From a virus (lineage: Duplodnaviria > Caudoviricetes), in the IMG/VR virus record IMGVR_UViG_3300008262_000294, positions 1 to 24,498 of that record: DNA of 24,498 nt, one strand, 5' to 3'. Under the pieces are notes generated by a model that saw only the letters and a program-made list of their open reading frames with translations, did no database searches and was not told the DNA's origin. Position 1 is the first letter of the stretch, and the number at the start of each line of letters is the position of its first letter. This document shows positions 16,001 through 23,151 of this stretch, piece by piece. The position numbers and the translations under genes are program-made.

Positions 16001-17284
16001 AAGACTGGTGTTAATGGTGTTAAGATGGCTATGTCTTATACTCCTATCGCCACTCTACCTGGTATGAACAGGTACTCCAAAGTGCTGTGGGCTGGTGATG
16101 ACATCGATAAGATCAAAGAAGCTCTAATGGAGCACGGTATTGCGTATGATGGGGTACCTAATGGTATGGCTATCTTCAAGGGCCTTGAGGCTGAATATCG
16201 TGGTCGTGTAGCCTTTGGTGCACTGTTGTCTTCCGGTATGCTTGGCTATGCCCTTGGTGGTAATATCCGTGGCAATGGTCCTGTTAATGCAGGTGAGCGT
16301 AAGAAGCTCCGTGATAACTTTAACTGGCAACCTAAGACCATCAATGTTGCTGGTAAGTGGGTGAGCTATGCTGGCTATGAACCCCTTGATACTATCTTGA
16401 CTCTTGTTGGTGACCTAGCTTACTACTCCCGTGACATTGGTTCTACTCTTACTGAGTCCTTCGTGGATAAGTTGGCATGGACACTCTCTGCTACCTTTGT
16501 TAATAAGTCATGGGTGGCTGGTCTTGAGCCTGTGGTAGCTGTTGCTAACGGCGATGAAACTGCTATCACTCGTTTCCTTGCTAATCAAACACGATCTGCT
16601 ATCCCTATGTCTGGTGCTCTTGGTGTTGTTAATAATGCCATCACTAGTTCCCAAAAGGATATCTACAATGACCTTGTAGGTTATGTTAAGAACAGACTGC
16701 CTGGCTTCTCTAGTCAGCTCCCTGAGCAGATCGACATTTACACTGGTAAGCCTCTCAATGACATCGATAACCCAGTCCTTCGTGCTCTCAATGCTGTTAA
16801 CCCAGTCAAGATCAGTGAAGGTACTGAGCCTTGGCGTCAGTGGCTTATTGATAGCGGTTGGGATGGTGTTCAGATGATTCGTAAAGACTCTTCTGGTAAT
16901 CATGAATACACCCCACAGGAACGTGAAGTACTGTATAAGTACATCGGTGAGCAGCAACTGTGGAAGGAGTTTGACAAACTCAGTAAGAACAAGAAGTATA
17001 ACGATCAGCTAGATCGTATTCGTGCTATGCGTGTTCAGGGTCGTCCATCTGAGGAGATCCAAGCAGCTCAAAGTGAAGTCTATTCAGTGATGAATGATAT
17101 CATGTCTCAAGCTCAAAAAGCAGCTGAGATGCGTATGCAGCAAGAGAATGAACCGATGTGGCGTTCTATTCAAGAATCCCTGACCAATAAGAACCTTATG
17201 AAACAGGGTCGTATTGATGACGCTGCCAGGGCTGCTGATCGTCGTAAAGCAGAGATTGAGCGACTAACCCAAATGTACCGATAA
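13073..17284 (+). CDS. Large internal virion / ejection protein (T7 gp16-like)
   Basis: 1403 aa, mostly helical, directly before the tail fibre; P.LKPFFMFPKTGVN and WQPKTI...GKWVSY segments; ATGA overlap with previous gene. Confidence 0.8.
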   Translation: MTSTPYVDEEELKRLEAEALAEEQALQQAAPAYSPKTAPDTMYKEATPAQNKAAGNVQPVKSPQQQATQQLTGGGQQPQKPLNPGSGFMYGSGDPNATLGEDLGTYAQRTLEGLGSVGMGIIDFGMDAIGRIPGAEWIDDTWDAKTKFKNPGFQKVREVSSVLVPAIGVGAASRIGTAGMAGGPVARGLSSLGINVAGDVAINAISDQSEGETVSTIVKEAAPWLPVPDALVVKDTDSPEARRQKNIYESAGISIVGDIIGYSMAAGRGVMDWFKPNDTAAKEFMSSEVMVNADAATATRLSEINTQLDELNSEVDRLRDTPSEGEWDLAFKLAAIEDIQSQTKALQSELDRITKQYTNTGSSDLTESPLESFVERQQVSRDSQIDEVGKGRLMDDPEGAGGVDPMVTPTMFPEGSTAALSIPPGNIARNMADTTAIKLGTTSGTPAPILSERAYYDLSKGNAVSRNLIEDLAEGTRATGSFDAIVDGFRYTKAQMSDGAWKIYNDIIGTDKVSDLKNLFLDNRDVKNLLDGRSIKYVNDVQAEAIGFAMRELTDKYIGQVVTETSARAMDTVGREIADIAEGYKAFPESADLSRTTEMLGDRLAFLMEEYALNKYIAGWSLKNQDRWQKFLKEAPDKESAIKQITEQFDLKVQEKNLQAQGYRDMIRTIARDRPDAAQPLIDAFALSKGDVDTLDKLMKWSAKQLSPMGLLKSGDEGLNAFAQGAWAVVYNNMLSGISALKAINGNTVSLTLRTSNAYLGTGIGILMGRNTVDDLRRATYVYGSFLTVNKRALGASWDTFKRTWNNGKWGNDGQMDFRELAREDLVTDYNPNLWDTLADMEQVYEKDGNWGRLAQYRFVRFMYDLGNWRWTKYGTNAMIGSDAYVQTTVASQMARARAWDEISSIGYKGAELAQQLARAEKMAYDESFDALGNLTDAAAKNAAGEIALNLDDETATWLTRGINKLPILKPFFMFPKTGVNGVKMAMSYTPIATLPGMNRYSKVLWAGDDIDKIKEALMEHGIAYDGVPNGMAIFKGLEAEYRGRVAFGALLSSGMLGYALGGNIRGNGPVNAGERKKLRDNFNWQPKTINVAGKWVSYAGYEPLDTILTLVGDLAYYSRDIGSTLTESFVDKLAWTLSATFVNKSWVAGLEPVVAVANGDETAITRFLANQTRSAIPMSGALGVVNNAITSSQKDIYNDLVGYVKNRLPGFSSQLPEQIDIYTGKPLNDIDNPVLRALNAVNPVKISEGTEPWRQWLIDSGWDGVQMIRKDSSGNHEYTPQEREVLYKYIGEQQLWKEFDKLSKNKKYNDQLDRIRAMRVQGRPSEEIQAAQSEVYSVMNDIMSQAQKAAEMRMQQENEPMWRSIQESLTNKNLMKQGRIDDAARAADRRKAEIERLTQMYR

Positions 17285-17290
17285 CCCTAA

Positions 17291-19819
17291 ATGGCAACTA
17301 CACAAAATACATTCACTGGTAATGGGTCCAACTTGGGACCCTTTTCTTTTACCTTTAAGTGGCTTGAATCTACTGATATTAAGGTTACTGTTGGTGGAGT
17401 ACTGAAAACTGCAGGTACTCACTATAACCTACAGAGCCTTAACTATACAACTAAGACAGGTGGTCAGGTTCTATTTACTGCAGGTAATGCACCTGCTAAT
17501 GGAACCTCCATTCGTATCTATCGTGATACTGATGATGAGGCACTGTCAGCTGTCTTCTCTTCTGGTTCTGCTATTCGAGCTAAGGACCTGAACGATAACT
17601 TCACGCAGAACCTGTACGTTACACAGGAAGTCAATAACAACTCCTTTAATGTTGATGGTTCTAACCCAATGGTTGGTCCAATCAATATGAATGGGTTCCA
17701 AATTGATAACCTTGCGGCACCAACATCTGATACTGATGCCGTCAATAGGGCATATGTAAACGACATTGTGGCTAATGGAATTGGAGATGGAGACAAGGGC
17801 GATATTGTTGTTTCTGGTTCCGGTACAACATTTACTATCGATTCTGGTGTTATCACAAACTCCAAAGTAAACGCTAGTGCGGGAATTGTATCCTCTAAAC
17901 TTGCGTTCACACAGGCTGGTACTGGTGCTATGCAGCGCACCGTTGAATCAAAGCTGCGAGATGTGGTGAGTGTTAAGGACTTCGGTGCTGTTGGTGATGG
18001 GGTGGCGGATGACACTTTGGCCATTAACCGAGCAACTAAGTACGTTGCCAACCTAGGTGGTGGCACTGTTTATTATCCCCCTGGCACCTATAAAATTACC
18101 AGGGCTATTCGTCTAGACAACTACGATATAGAAACTTTTACGTATTCAGGCCCACCTCGACTTAATGTGGTACACCTAGGAGCAGGCCGTGATTCTACAA
18201 CTATCAAAGCAAGTGGTTTTTGGACTAATATTTTTAGTAGTTTTCCTGAACCATTTATACCTTTCAATAATGTTCTTCCAGCAGTAAAAGACCCTACTAC
18301 GCCTGGTGTCGTACCAGCCGATCAGTTTATTTATGTAGCAGAAAACATTGTTATCGAAGGATTAACCTTGGATTGTGATTACAATACCAACGTGGATGGA
18401 GGTACAACCTATGGGCCAAACTATGCAACATGGGGTGGCACTTGGCCAAACAACACTACTGGTGCATCAATTTGGGCTGCTGACAACTATCAATATCCAA
18501 TTTATGCTAGAGACGTTCGTGGCTTACTGATTAAAAACTGCCGCATTAAAAACAGTTGGTACAATGGTATAGAAATTTATCGTTGCGATGAAGTACAAAT
18601 TGTTGATAACATAATTCAAAACTGCGGAGACAAGGCTAACTATCTTGGGTATTATTCTGGTATTGAGTTTGATGATAGCGAAAATAGCTGCCTTGTTACT
18701 GGAAACATAATTAAAAATACTGGAACAGGACTATTGTCCAATGGAGGAGTTTATGCATACTCTTGGAATGCAGTTCAAGGGATAATTGTAGCTAATAATG
18801 TTTTTGATACAACACGCAATGAGGGTATTTATATATTTGATTGGGTTGCTGGCTGGCAAATAAACAACAACGAATTTGTTAAAATTGGTGGAAATGGTAT
18901 TGACATAGCAACTAATGCTCCGCAGGTTTCAGGCTTCAATGCACAATATCATAAAATTTCAAACAATTTAATTCGCAGCTATAATACCAAGAACACAGCG
19001 GGTGCTATCGGCATTAGGGCAACTGGAGGCAGCAACACGATTACAGATAATTCCATCTTCTTGGAAAGCTCAAGTGTTACCAATAATACATGGGGCATCA
19101 TTGGTCAAGATGCAAGTGTTTCACTTCCCGCAGGATCTAGTAGAGGGATTTTAATTGCTAACAATTTTCTTTCTGGAAGATTTCCAGCAACGTCTGAACT
19201 TAACGGCGGGGGCATAAATGTTTCAGCCGTCAATTCTCATGTAACTGGTAACACTATTATCTCTACTAGCAATGTTGCTCGTACGGCAATTTTAATCAAT
19301 GCTGATGATGTTACGGTTACAGATAACAATATTCGCGGTTCATGGTTGAGTGGTTCAGGCAAGAAGGCGATTTATTTTAATACAGGATTTAGGCCATATG
19401 TAAAAGATGCAAAATTTGAGTCACTTTTAGATATATCTACTGGTGCAGCTAGGACTTCCTTGATTGGTTCAAACACTGTTAATTTTACAAGTTTTACGCC
19501 AACAACATTTGACAACCGTGGTGAATTTAACACTGGAACAAATGCTTTTGTTGCTGACATGCCTGGGTTATATAAATTTACAGCAGAAGTAAATATCAGT
19601 TCTAGTCCTAATGTTGTTATTGCTGTTTTTGTAAGGAACGGTTCTACACCTTTTGGCAGAGCAATTGTAGATTCTACTGGACGCTGTAGCCTTTCTTTGT
19701 CAGCTTTTATTTCATTGTCTAATGGAGATTCAGTTACTTTAAATACTAACTGTTCTAGTACTTATACGGTTGACGCAGACACCCATATGAACGTTACATT
19801 TATCCGACAACTTACTTAA
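17291..19819 (+). CDS. Tail fibre / tailspike (T7 gp17 N-terminal anchor, pectate-lyase-like right-handed beta helix, C1q-like C-terminus)
   Basis: N-terminal FTGNGS...FSFTFKWLESTDIKV...IRIYRDTD...F.SGSAIRAKDLNDNFTQ; VSVKDFGAVGDGVADDT.AI..A....GGTVYYPPGTY; repeated I..N.I ladders; FDN.GEFN..TNAFVA..PGLYKF C-terminus. Confidence 0.9.
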   Translation: MATTQNTFTGNGSNLGPFSFTFKWLESTDIKVTVGGVLKTAGTHYNLQSLNYTTKTGGQVLFTAGNAPANGTSIRIYRDTDDEALSAVFSSGSAIRAKDLNDNFTQNLYVTQEVNNNSFNVDGSNPMVGPINMNGFQIDNLAAPTSDTDAVNRAYVNDIVANGIGDGDKGDIVVSGSGTTFTIDSGVITNSKVNASAGIVSSKLAFTQAGTGAMQRTVESKLRDVVSVKDFGAVGDGVADDTLAINRATKYVANLGGGTVYYPPGTYKITRAIRLDNYDIETFTYSGPPRLNVVHLGAGRDSTTIKASGFWTNIFSSFPEPFIPFNNVLPAVKDPTTPGVVPADQFIYVAENIVIEGLTLDCDYNTNVDGGTTYGPNYATWGGTWPNNTTGASIWAADNYQYPIYARDVRGLLIKNCRIKNSWYNGIEIYRCDEVQIVDNIIQNCGDKANYLGYYSGIEFDDSENSCLVTGNIIKNTGTGLLSNGGVYAYSWNAVQGIIVANNVFDTTRNEGIYIFDWVAGWQINNNEFVKIGGNGIDIATNAPQVSGFNAQYHKISNNLIRSYNTKNTAGAIGIRATGGSNTITDNSIFLESSSVTNNTWGIIGQDASVSLPAGSSRGILIANNFLSGRFPATSELNGGGINVSAVNSHVTGNTIISTSNVARTAILINADDVTVTDNNIRGSWLSGSGKKAIYFNTGFRPYVKDAKFESLLDISTGAARTSLIGSNTVNFTSFTPTTFDNRGEFNTGTNAFVADMPGLYKFTAEVNISSSPNVVIAVFVRNGSTPFGRAIVDSTGRCSLSLSAFISLSNGDSVTLNTNCSSTYTVDADTHMNVTFIRQLT

Positions 19820-19821
19820 TT

Positions 19822-20085
19822 ATGGCCCTCACTAAAACCAGCACTCTTGTAAATAACTTTCAAGAGTTTTCAATCTTTGAAGATGCCTATTTAAAGGTGA
19901 CTTCTTTCAGTGGTTCTAAGGAAACTATCTCTTTTGCGCTGGGAATTTTTAAGGAGAAAGGTGGAGCCCTGCTTAAAAAGCAAGAGTACGTTTTTGCTAT
20001 TGACCTTGACGGTCCCAACCCGATTAAACAAGCCTACCTGCACCTCAAAACTCTTCCTGAATTCGCTGGCGCTACCGATTGCTGA
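19822..20085 (+). CDS. Putative tail fibre assembly / chaperone protein
   Basis: 87 aa directly after the tailspike, ending NPIKQAYLHLKTLPEFAGATDC; role inferred from position. Confidence 0.6.
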   Translation: MALTKTSTLVNNFQEFSIFEDAYLKVTSFSGSKETISFALGIFKEKGGALLKKQEYVFAIDLDGPNPIKQAYLHLKTLPEFAGATDC

Positions 20086-20087
20086 TC

Positions 20088-20294
20088 ATGATCACCATTC
20101 TAGGCATCAAAGTGTCCTATGAGACGCTTGCCTTCTTTATCCTTTTTATCGCTTCTGAGTATCTAGGTATGACTAAGAAGCGTCGTTCCAACAGCGTTAC
20201 CCAGGCCATCTCTATGGCTGCTGCTTACTTCAGCAAGACACGTACTGAGGATGACACAGTGCGTCGTATTCGTCGTACGTTTAGAGGGAAGTAA
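20088..20294 (+). CDS. Putative holin / small membrane protein (start ATG 20088)
   Basis: Hydrophobic N-terminal segment (ITILGIKVSYETLAFFILFIASEYLG), basic C-terminus, directly upstream of the endolysin. Confidence 0.55.
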   Translation: MITILGIKVSYETLAFFILFIASEYLGMTKKRRSNSVTQAISMAAAYFSKTRTEDDTVRRIRRTFRGK

Positions 20295-20299
20295 TCACC

Positions 20300-21268
20300 A
20301 TGGTACTGCTGTCTGTTAAGCAGTACTACCCCCAAACAGATAGTGCAACAGGTCATGGAGATCGGATGTGCTTTAGCTCCACGTGTGCTATGGCTGTCAA
20401 GTATCTCCTACCTGATGCCCTCAAGGGTAGTAATGCTGATGATGATTACCTCCGTACAGTGCTGAAGTATGGAGATACTACAACCTCTACAAGTCAAGTC
20501 AAAGCCTGTCAGCAGTATGGTGTCTTTGCTTCTTTCTACACCAATGGCACACGTCAAAACCTTATTAACGAACTTAAGAACGGCTATCCAGTTGCTACAG
20601 GAATCCTCCATAAGGGACATGTATCCAATCCGGTGGGTGGTGGACACTGGATGCTACTCATCGGTGACACAGGAGAACATGGTGTCTTCCATGACCCCTA
20701 CGGTGAGATGGATAACGTCAACGGAGGGTACGTTACTATTGGTAGCGGAGGTAAGGACGTTAAGTACTCCTGGAAGAACTGGCTTAAGCGTTGGGAAGTA
20801 GAGGGTAATGGTACTGGCTGGTTCATGACCTTCCGACCAACCACTACACCACAACCTACAGCTCCTATCGCTAACACCTGGGAGGGAGTGATCACTGCAG
20901 CCTCTAAGGCAGGTGCTAAGTTCCCACAAGTTGTAGCTGCTCAGTGGGCATTAGAGAGTGGTTGGGGTAAGCATACCTCCGGTACCCATAACTACTTTGG
21001 TCTTAAGGGTTCTGGTACTGACCATGAGACAAAGGAGTTCATTGATGGTAAGTGGATCACCATTACTGCTGGTTTCCTTAACTTCCCTGATCTACAATCC
21101 TGTGTGTCGTACTTAGTTCAACGCTGGTACAAGGACTACAAAACCTATAGGGGAGTCAACCGTGCCTCTTCCATAGAGGAGTGTTGTAAGCTTTTAGTCC
21201 AAGAGAGATACGCCACCGATCCTGACTATAGCACTAAACTGATAAACATCATCAACCAAAAGAAATGA
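20300..21268 (+). CDS. Endolysin: N-terminal C39-like cysteine peptidase plus C-terminal GH73 glucosaminidase
   Basis: YYPQTD....RMCFSSTCAM...GGHWMLLIG...HDPYG (Cys-His-Asp); Pro/Thr linker PTTTPQPTAP; AAQWALESGWG..NYFGLKG...YATDPDYSTKL. Confidence 0.88.
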   Translation: MVLLSVKQYYPQTDSATGHGDRMCFSSTCAMAVKYLLPDALKGSNADDDYLRTVLKYGDTTTSTSQVKACQQYGVFASFYTNGTRQNLINELKNGYPVATGILHKGHVSNPVGGGHWMLLIGDTGEHGVFHDPYGEMDNVNGGYVTIGSGGKDVKYSWKNWLKRWEVEGNGTGWFMTFRPTTTPQPTAPIANTWEGVITAASKAGAKFPQVVAAQWALESGWGKHTSGTHNYFGLKGSGTDHETKEFIDGKWITITAGFLNFPDLQSCVSYLVQRWYKDYKTYRGVNRASSIEECCKLLVQERYATDPDYSTKLINIINQKK

Positions 21269-21510
21269 TTGAAGCAGCTGTTACAGGGGTTATTTCCCTT
21301 GTTATCGGTGTTAGCGGTGGCGTCTTGGCTATCAATTCACGATCTACCTCACGTATGGATCAAATTGACAAACGTATTGACGGTGTTGAATTACGTCTAG
21401 CTGAAAAGTACGTACCACGACAAGAGCTAGCTAACGCCTTACAAAAGATGGAGGATCACATGATCCGCATCGAAAATAAACTAGATCAGATTGTACTGAG
21501 AAATGGCTAA
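21265..21510 (+). CDS. Membrane-anchored coiled-coil protein (lysis-cassette associated)
   Basis: N-terminal TM helix AAVTGVISLVIGVSGGVLAI followed by heptad-like RMDQIDKRIDGVELRL..IENKLDQI; ATGA overlap. Confidence 0.7.
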   Translation: MIEAAVTGVISLVIGVSGGVLAINSRSTSRMDQIDKRIDGVELRLAEKYVPRQELANALQKMEDHMIRIENKLDQIVLRNG

Positions 21511-21748
21511 CAAGAAAGCAACGGAGGACATGTTTAATGAACTCCATAACATGGTCACTAAAGAGCTACTGAACCGAATCAAGAGCGGTGAAGCCTCTAC
21601 TGCTGATCTAAAGGCAGCTTGTGATTGGCTATCCAAGAATGACATCAGTGGTGTCGCCTATGATGGCAACCCTCTTGATAAACTTGCCACCATCATGCCT
21701 AAGGTAGACCCTGAACTTATCCAAAAGAGGTTGTATGGCAGAGTATAG
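21503..21748 (+). CDS. Terminase small subunit / DNA maturase A (T7 gp18-like)
   Basis: KATEDMFNELHNMVTKELLNRIKSGEASTADLKAACDWLSKNDISG pattern; position after the lysis genes. Confidence 0.85.
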   Translation: MANKKATEDMFNELHNMVTKELLNRIKSGEASTADLKAACDWLSKNDISGVAYDGNPLDKLATIMPKVDPELIQKRLYGRV

Positions 21749-22151
21749 TCCGTTTGGTAAAAATGTAAAACCAGGCACTTCTGTATCAAAATCTAAAACT
21801 AATTCAAAGAAGCTTACTATTAAAGAAGCTCTTCAGGTATTAGGGCGAGCCACACCTACTAGTGACATGGCTCAACGCAATTATACCATGGACGTACCTT
21901 ACCCAACCTATAGCCAACGTGGTAATTTTTATGGCCAAGGTCCTACAGCGGATTATCAAGGTCCAATGTTAGGTTCTGGCGTAGGTACTAAGGATCGTAT
22001 GCCAGGCACTACACCTACACCGGTAGAGACCAAAACAAAATTACAACAGTTGCTTGAGATGTTGAAAATAACGAAACCTAAGCCTAAAGTAGGGAAGGAT
22101 AAACAGTTGGAAATTGCCCCTCCTGGTAGTCGTTATGCAAAGTACATCTAG
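21735..22151 (+). CDS. 138-aa Lys/Pro/Thr-rich hypothetical protein
   Basis: Open frame overlapping both neighbours; low complexity; more A-ending codons than core genes. Confidence 0.65.
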   Translation: MAEYSPFGKNVKPGTSVSKSKTNSKKLTIKEALQVLGRATPTSDMAQRNYTMDVPYPTYSQRGNFYGQGPTADYQGPMLGSGVGTKDRMPGTTPTPVETKTKLQQLLEMLKITKPKPKVGKDKQLEIAPPGSRYAKYI

Positions 22152-22386
22152 TTACTACAAGAATAACCCTAAGGCTAAGGCTAAGCGTCTTAAGCAACAA
22201 GCTGAATACAACAGAACTAAAGAGGGTCTCAAGATCCGTACTAACGCTAATAAACTGAACCGTAAGCTTGGTACTTATGGTAATGGTGATGGTATGGATG
22301 CCAGCCACACGGGTCCTAATAAGGGCAAGTTAGAGTCCCCGAAGGCTAATCGTACTCGACCTCGTCGGGGTAAGAAGTATGGCTAA
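22135..22386 (+). CDS. Basic protein with a possible degenerate HNH-like motif (start ATG 22135)
   Basis: YYKNNPKAKAKR...GNGDGMDASH......LESPKANR; D-x-x-H...NR spacing recalls a truncated beta-beta-alpha motif. Confidence 0.65.
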   Translation: MQSTSSYYKNNPKAKAKRLKQQAEYNRTKEGLKIRTNANKLNRKLGTYGNGDGMDASHTGPNKGKLESPKANRTRPRRGKKYG

Positions 22387-22406
22387 TCCATTCCCAATCT
22401 AATAAT

Positions 22407-22733
22407 GTGACACCGCTATTTCCTAGTCCTGATCACTACCTCCACAACCTAATAACGATGACAAGCTCTGAAGCAAAAAGGCTACACCGTCGTGCAATTA
22501 AGGAATACTTTAATTGTCAATGCGTATACTGCGGAGAAACTTATGAACTACATGAACTTACACTTGATCACGTTCGCCCTAAGTGTTTTGGTGGCGAAGA
22601 CCTTACTTCAAATTTGGTACCCAGCTGTAGGAAATGCAATCAGGCTAAAGGAAGTAGTAATTGGCTACAATGGATGAGGGACACATTTGGTCCTACTAAC
22701 AGGGAAACATTAATTCTATCACACATTCGTTAA
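22407..22733 (+). CDS. HNH endonuclease (zinc-binding, McrA/HNH_5-like)
   Basis: CVYCG....ELTLDHVRPKCFGG....SNLVPSCRKCNQAKG: two CxxC pairs plus DH...N...N. Confidence 0.92.
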   Translation: MTPLFPSPDHYLHNLITMTSSEAKRLHRRAIKEYFNCQCVYCGETYELHELTLDHVRPKCFGGEDLTSNLVPSCRKCNQAKGSSNWLQWMRDTFGPTNRETLILSHIR

Positions 22734-22735
22734 TT

Positions 22736-23125
22736 ATGGCAATGACACGTAAAGGCAAGGATCAAGACAAGAATCGTGGATCCGTAGCAGAAAGCATTAA
22801 AGAGTTCGGAAGGCGGATGGATGCTGCTCGTATGTCCCGTATGCAGGGACGTAGCAACCTAACCTCTAAAGATTTAGAAGGTAAAGCTAGGGGTGGTTCA
22901 GCTACCGTTAAGGATGCCCCCAATGGTAAGGAATACATGGGTCCTGCCTTTGGTGAATATAAGGCTAAAGATAAGGACGACAAACCTAAGGAAAAGGCTA
23001 AGCCCCGTCAACGTCGTGGTGCAGGTCGTGAAGACATGATGAATAATCGTCAACGCGAGATCATGGAACGTGAGGAGCGTAAGCGCCAAGCTGCTAATAA
23101 GAATGGCGGCAGCAATACATTTTGA
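22736..23125 (+). CDS. 129-aa basic, probably disordered hypothetical protein
   Basis: K/R/E/M-rich ORF starting 2 nt after the HNH stop; phage-typical codons. Confidence 0.7.
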   Translation: MAMTRKGKDQDKNRGSVAESIKEFGRRMDAARMSRMQGRSNLTSKDLEGKARGGSATVKDAPNGKEYMGPAFGEYKAKDKDDKPKEKAKPRQRRGAGREDMMNNRQREIMEREERKRQAANKNGGSNTF

Positions 23126-23151
23126 TGGAGCTGATTGATGGCTCCACAAAA
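23120..23151 (+). promoter_or_regulatory. Hairpin sequestering the SD and start codon of the 23138 ORF
   Basis: TTTTG-A-TGGAGC (23120-23131) pairs with GCTCCA-CAAAA (23141-23151); GGAG lies in the stem, ATG 23138 in the loop, upstream TGA in the 5' arm. Confidence 0.6.

Noticed and set aside
1489-22386. Recurring L(K/T/E)I tripeptide in small basic proteins (SLKIG, KLTIK, MLKIT, QLEIA, GLKIR) as a shared targeting signal
   Set aside because: Three residues in Lys-rich proteins cannot be separated from chance without an enrichment test
22379-22402. 7-codon ORF MANPFPI before the HNH gene
   Set aside because: Too short, out of frame with HNH, and no supporting signal
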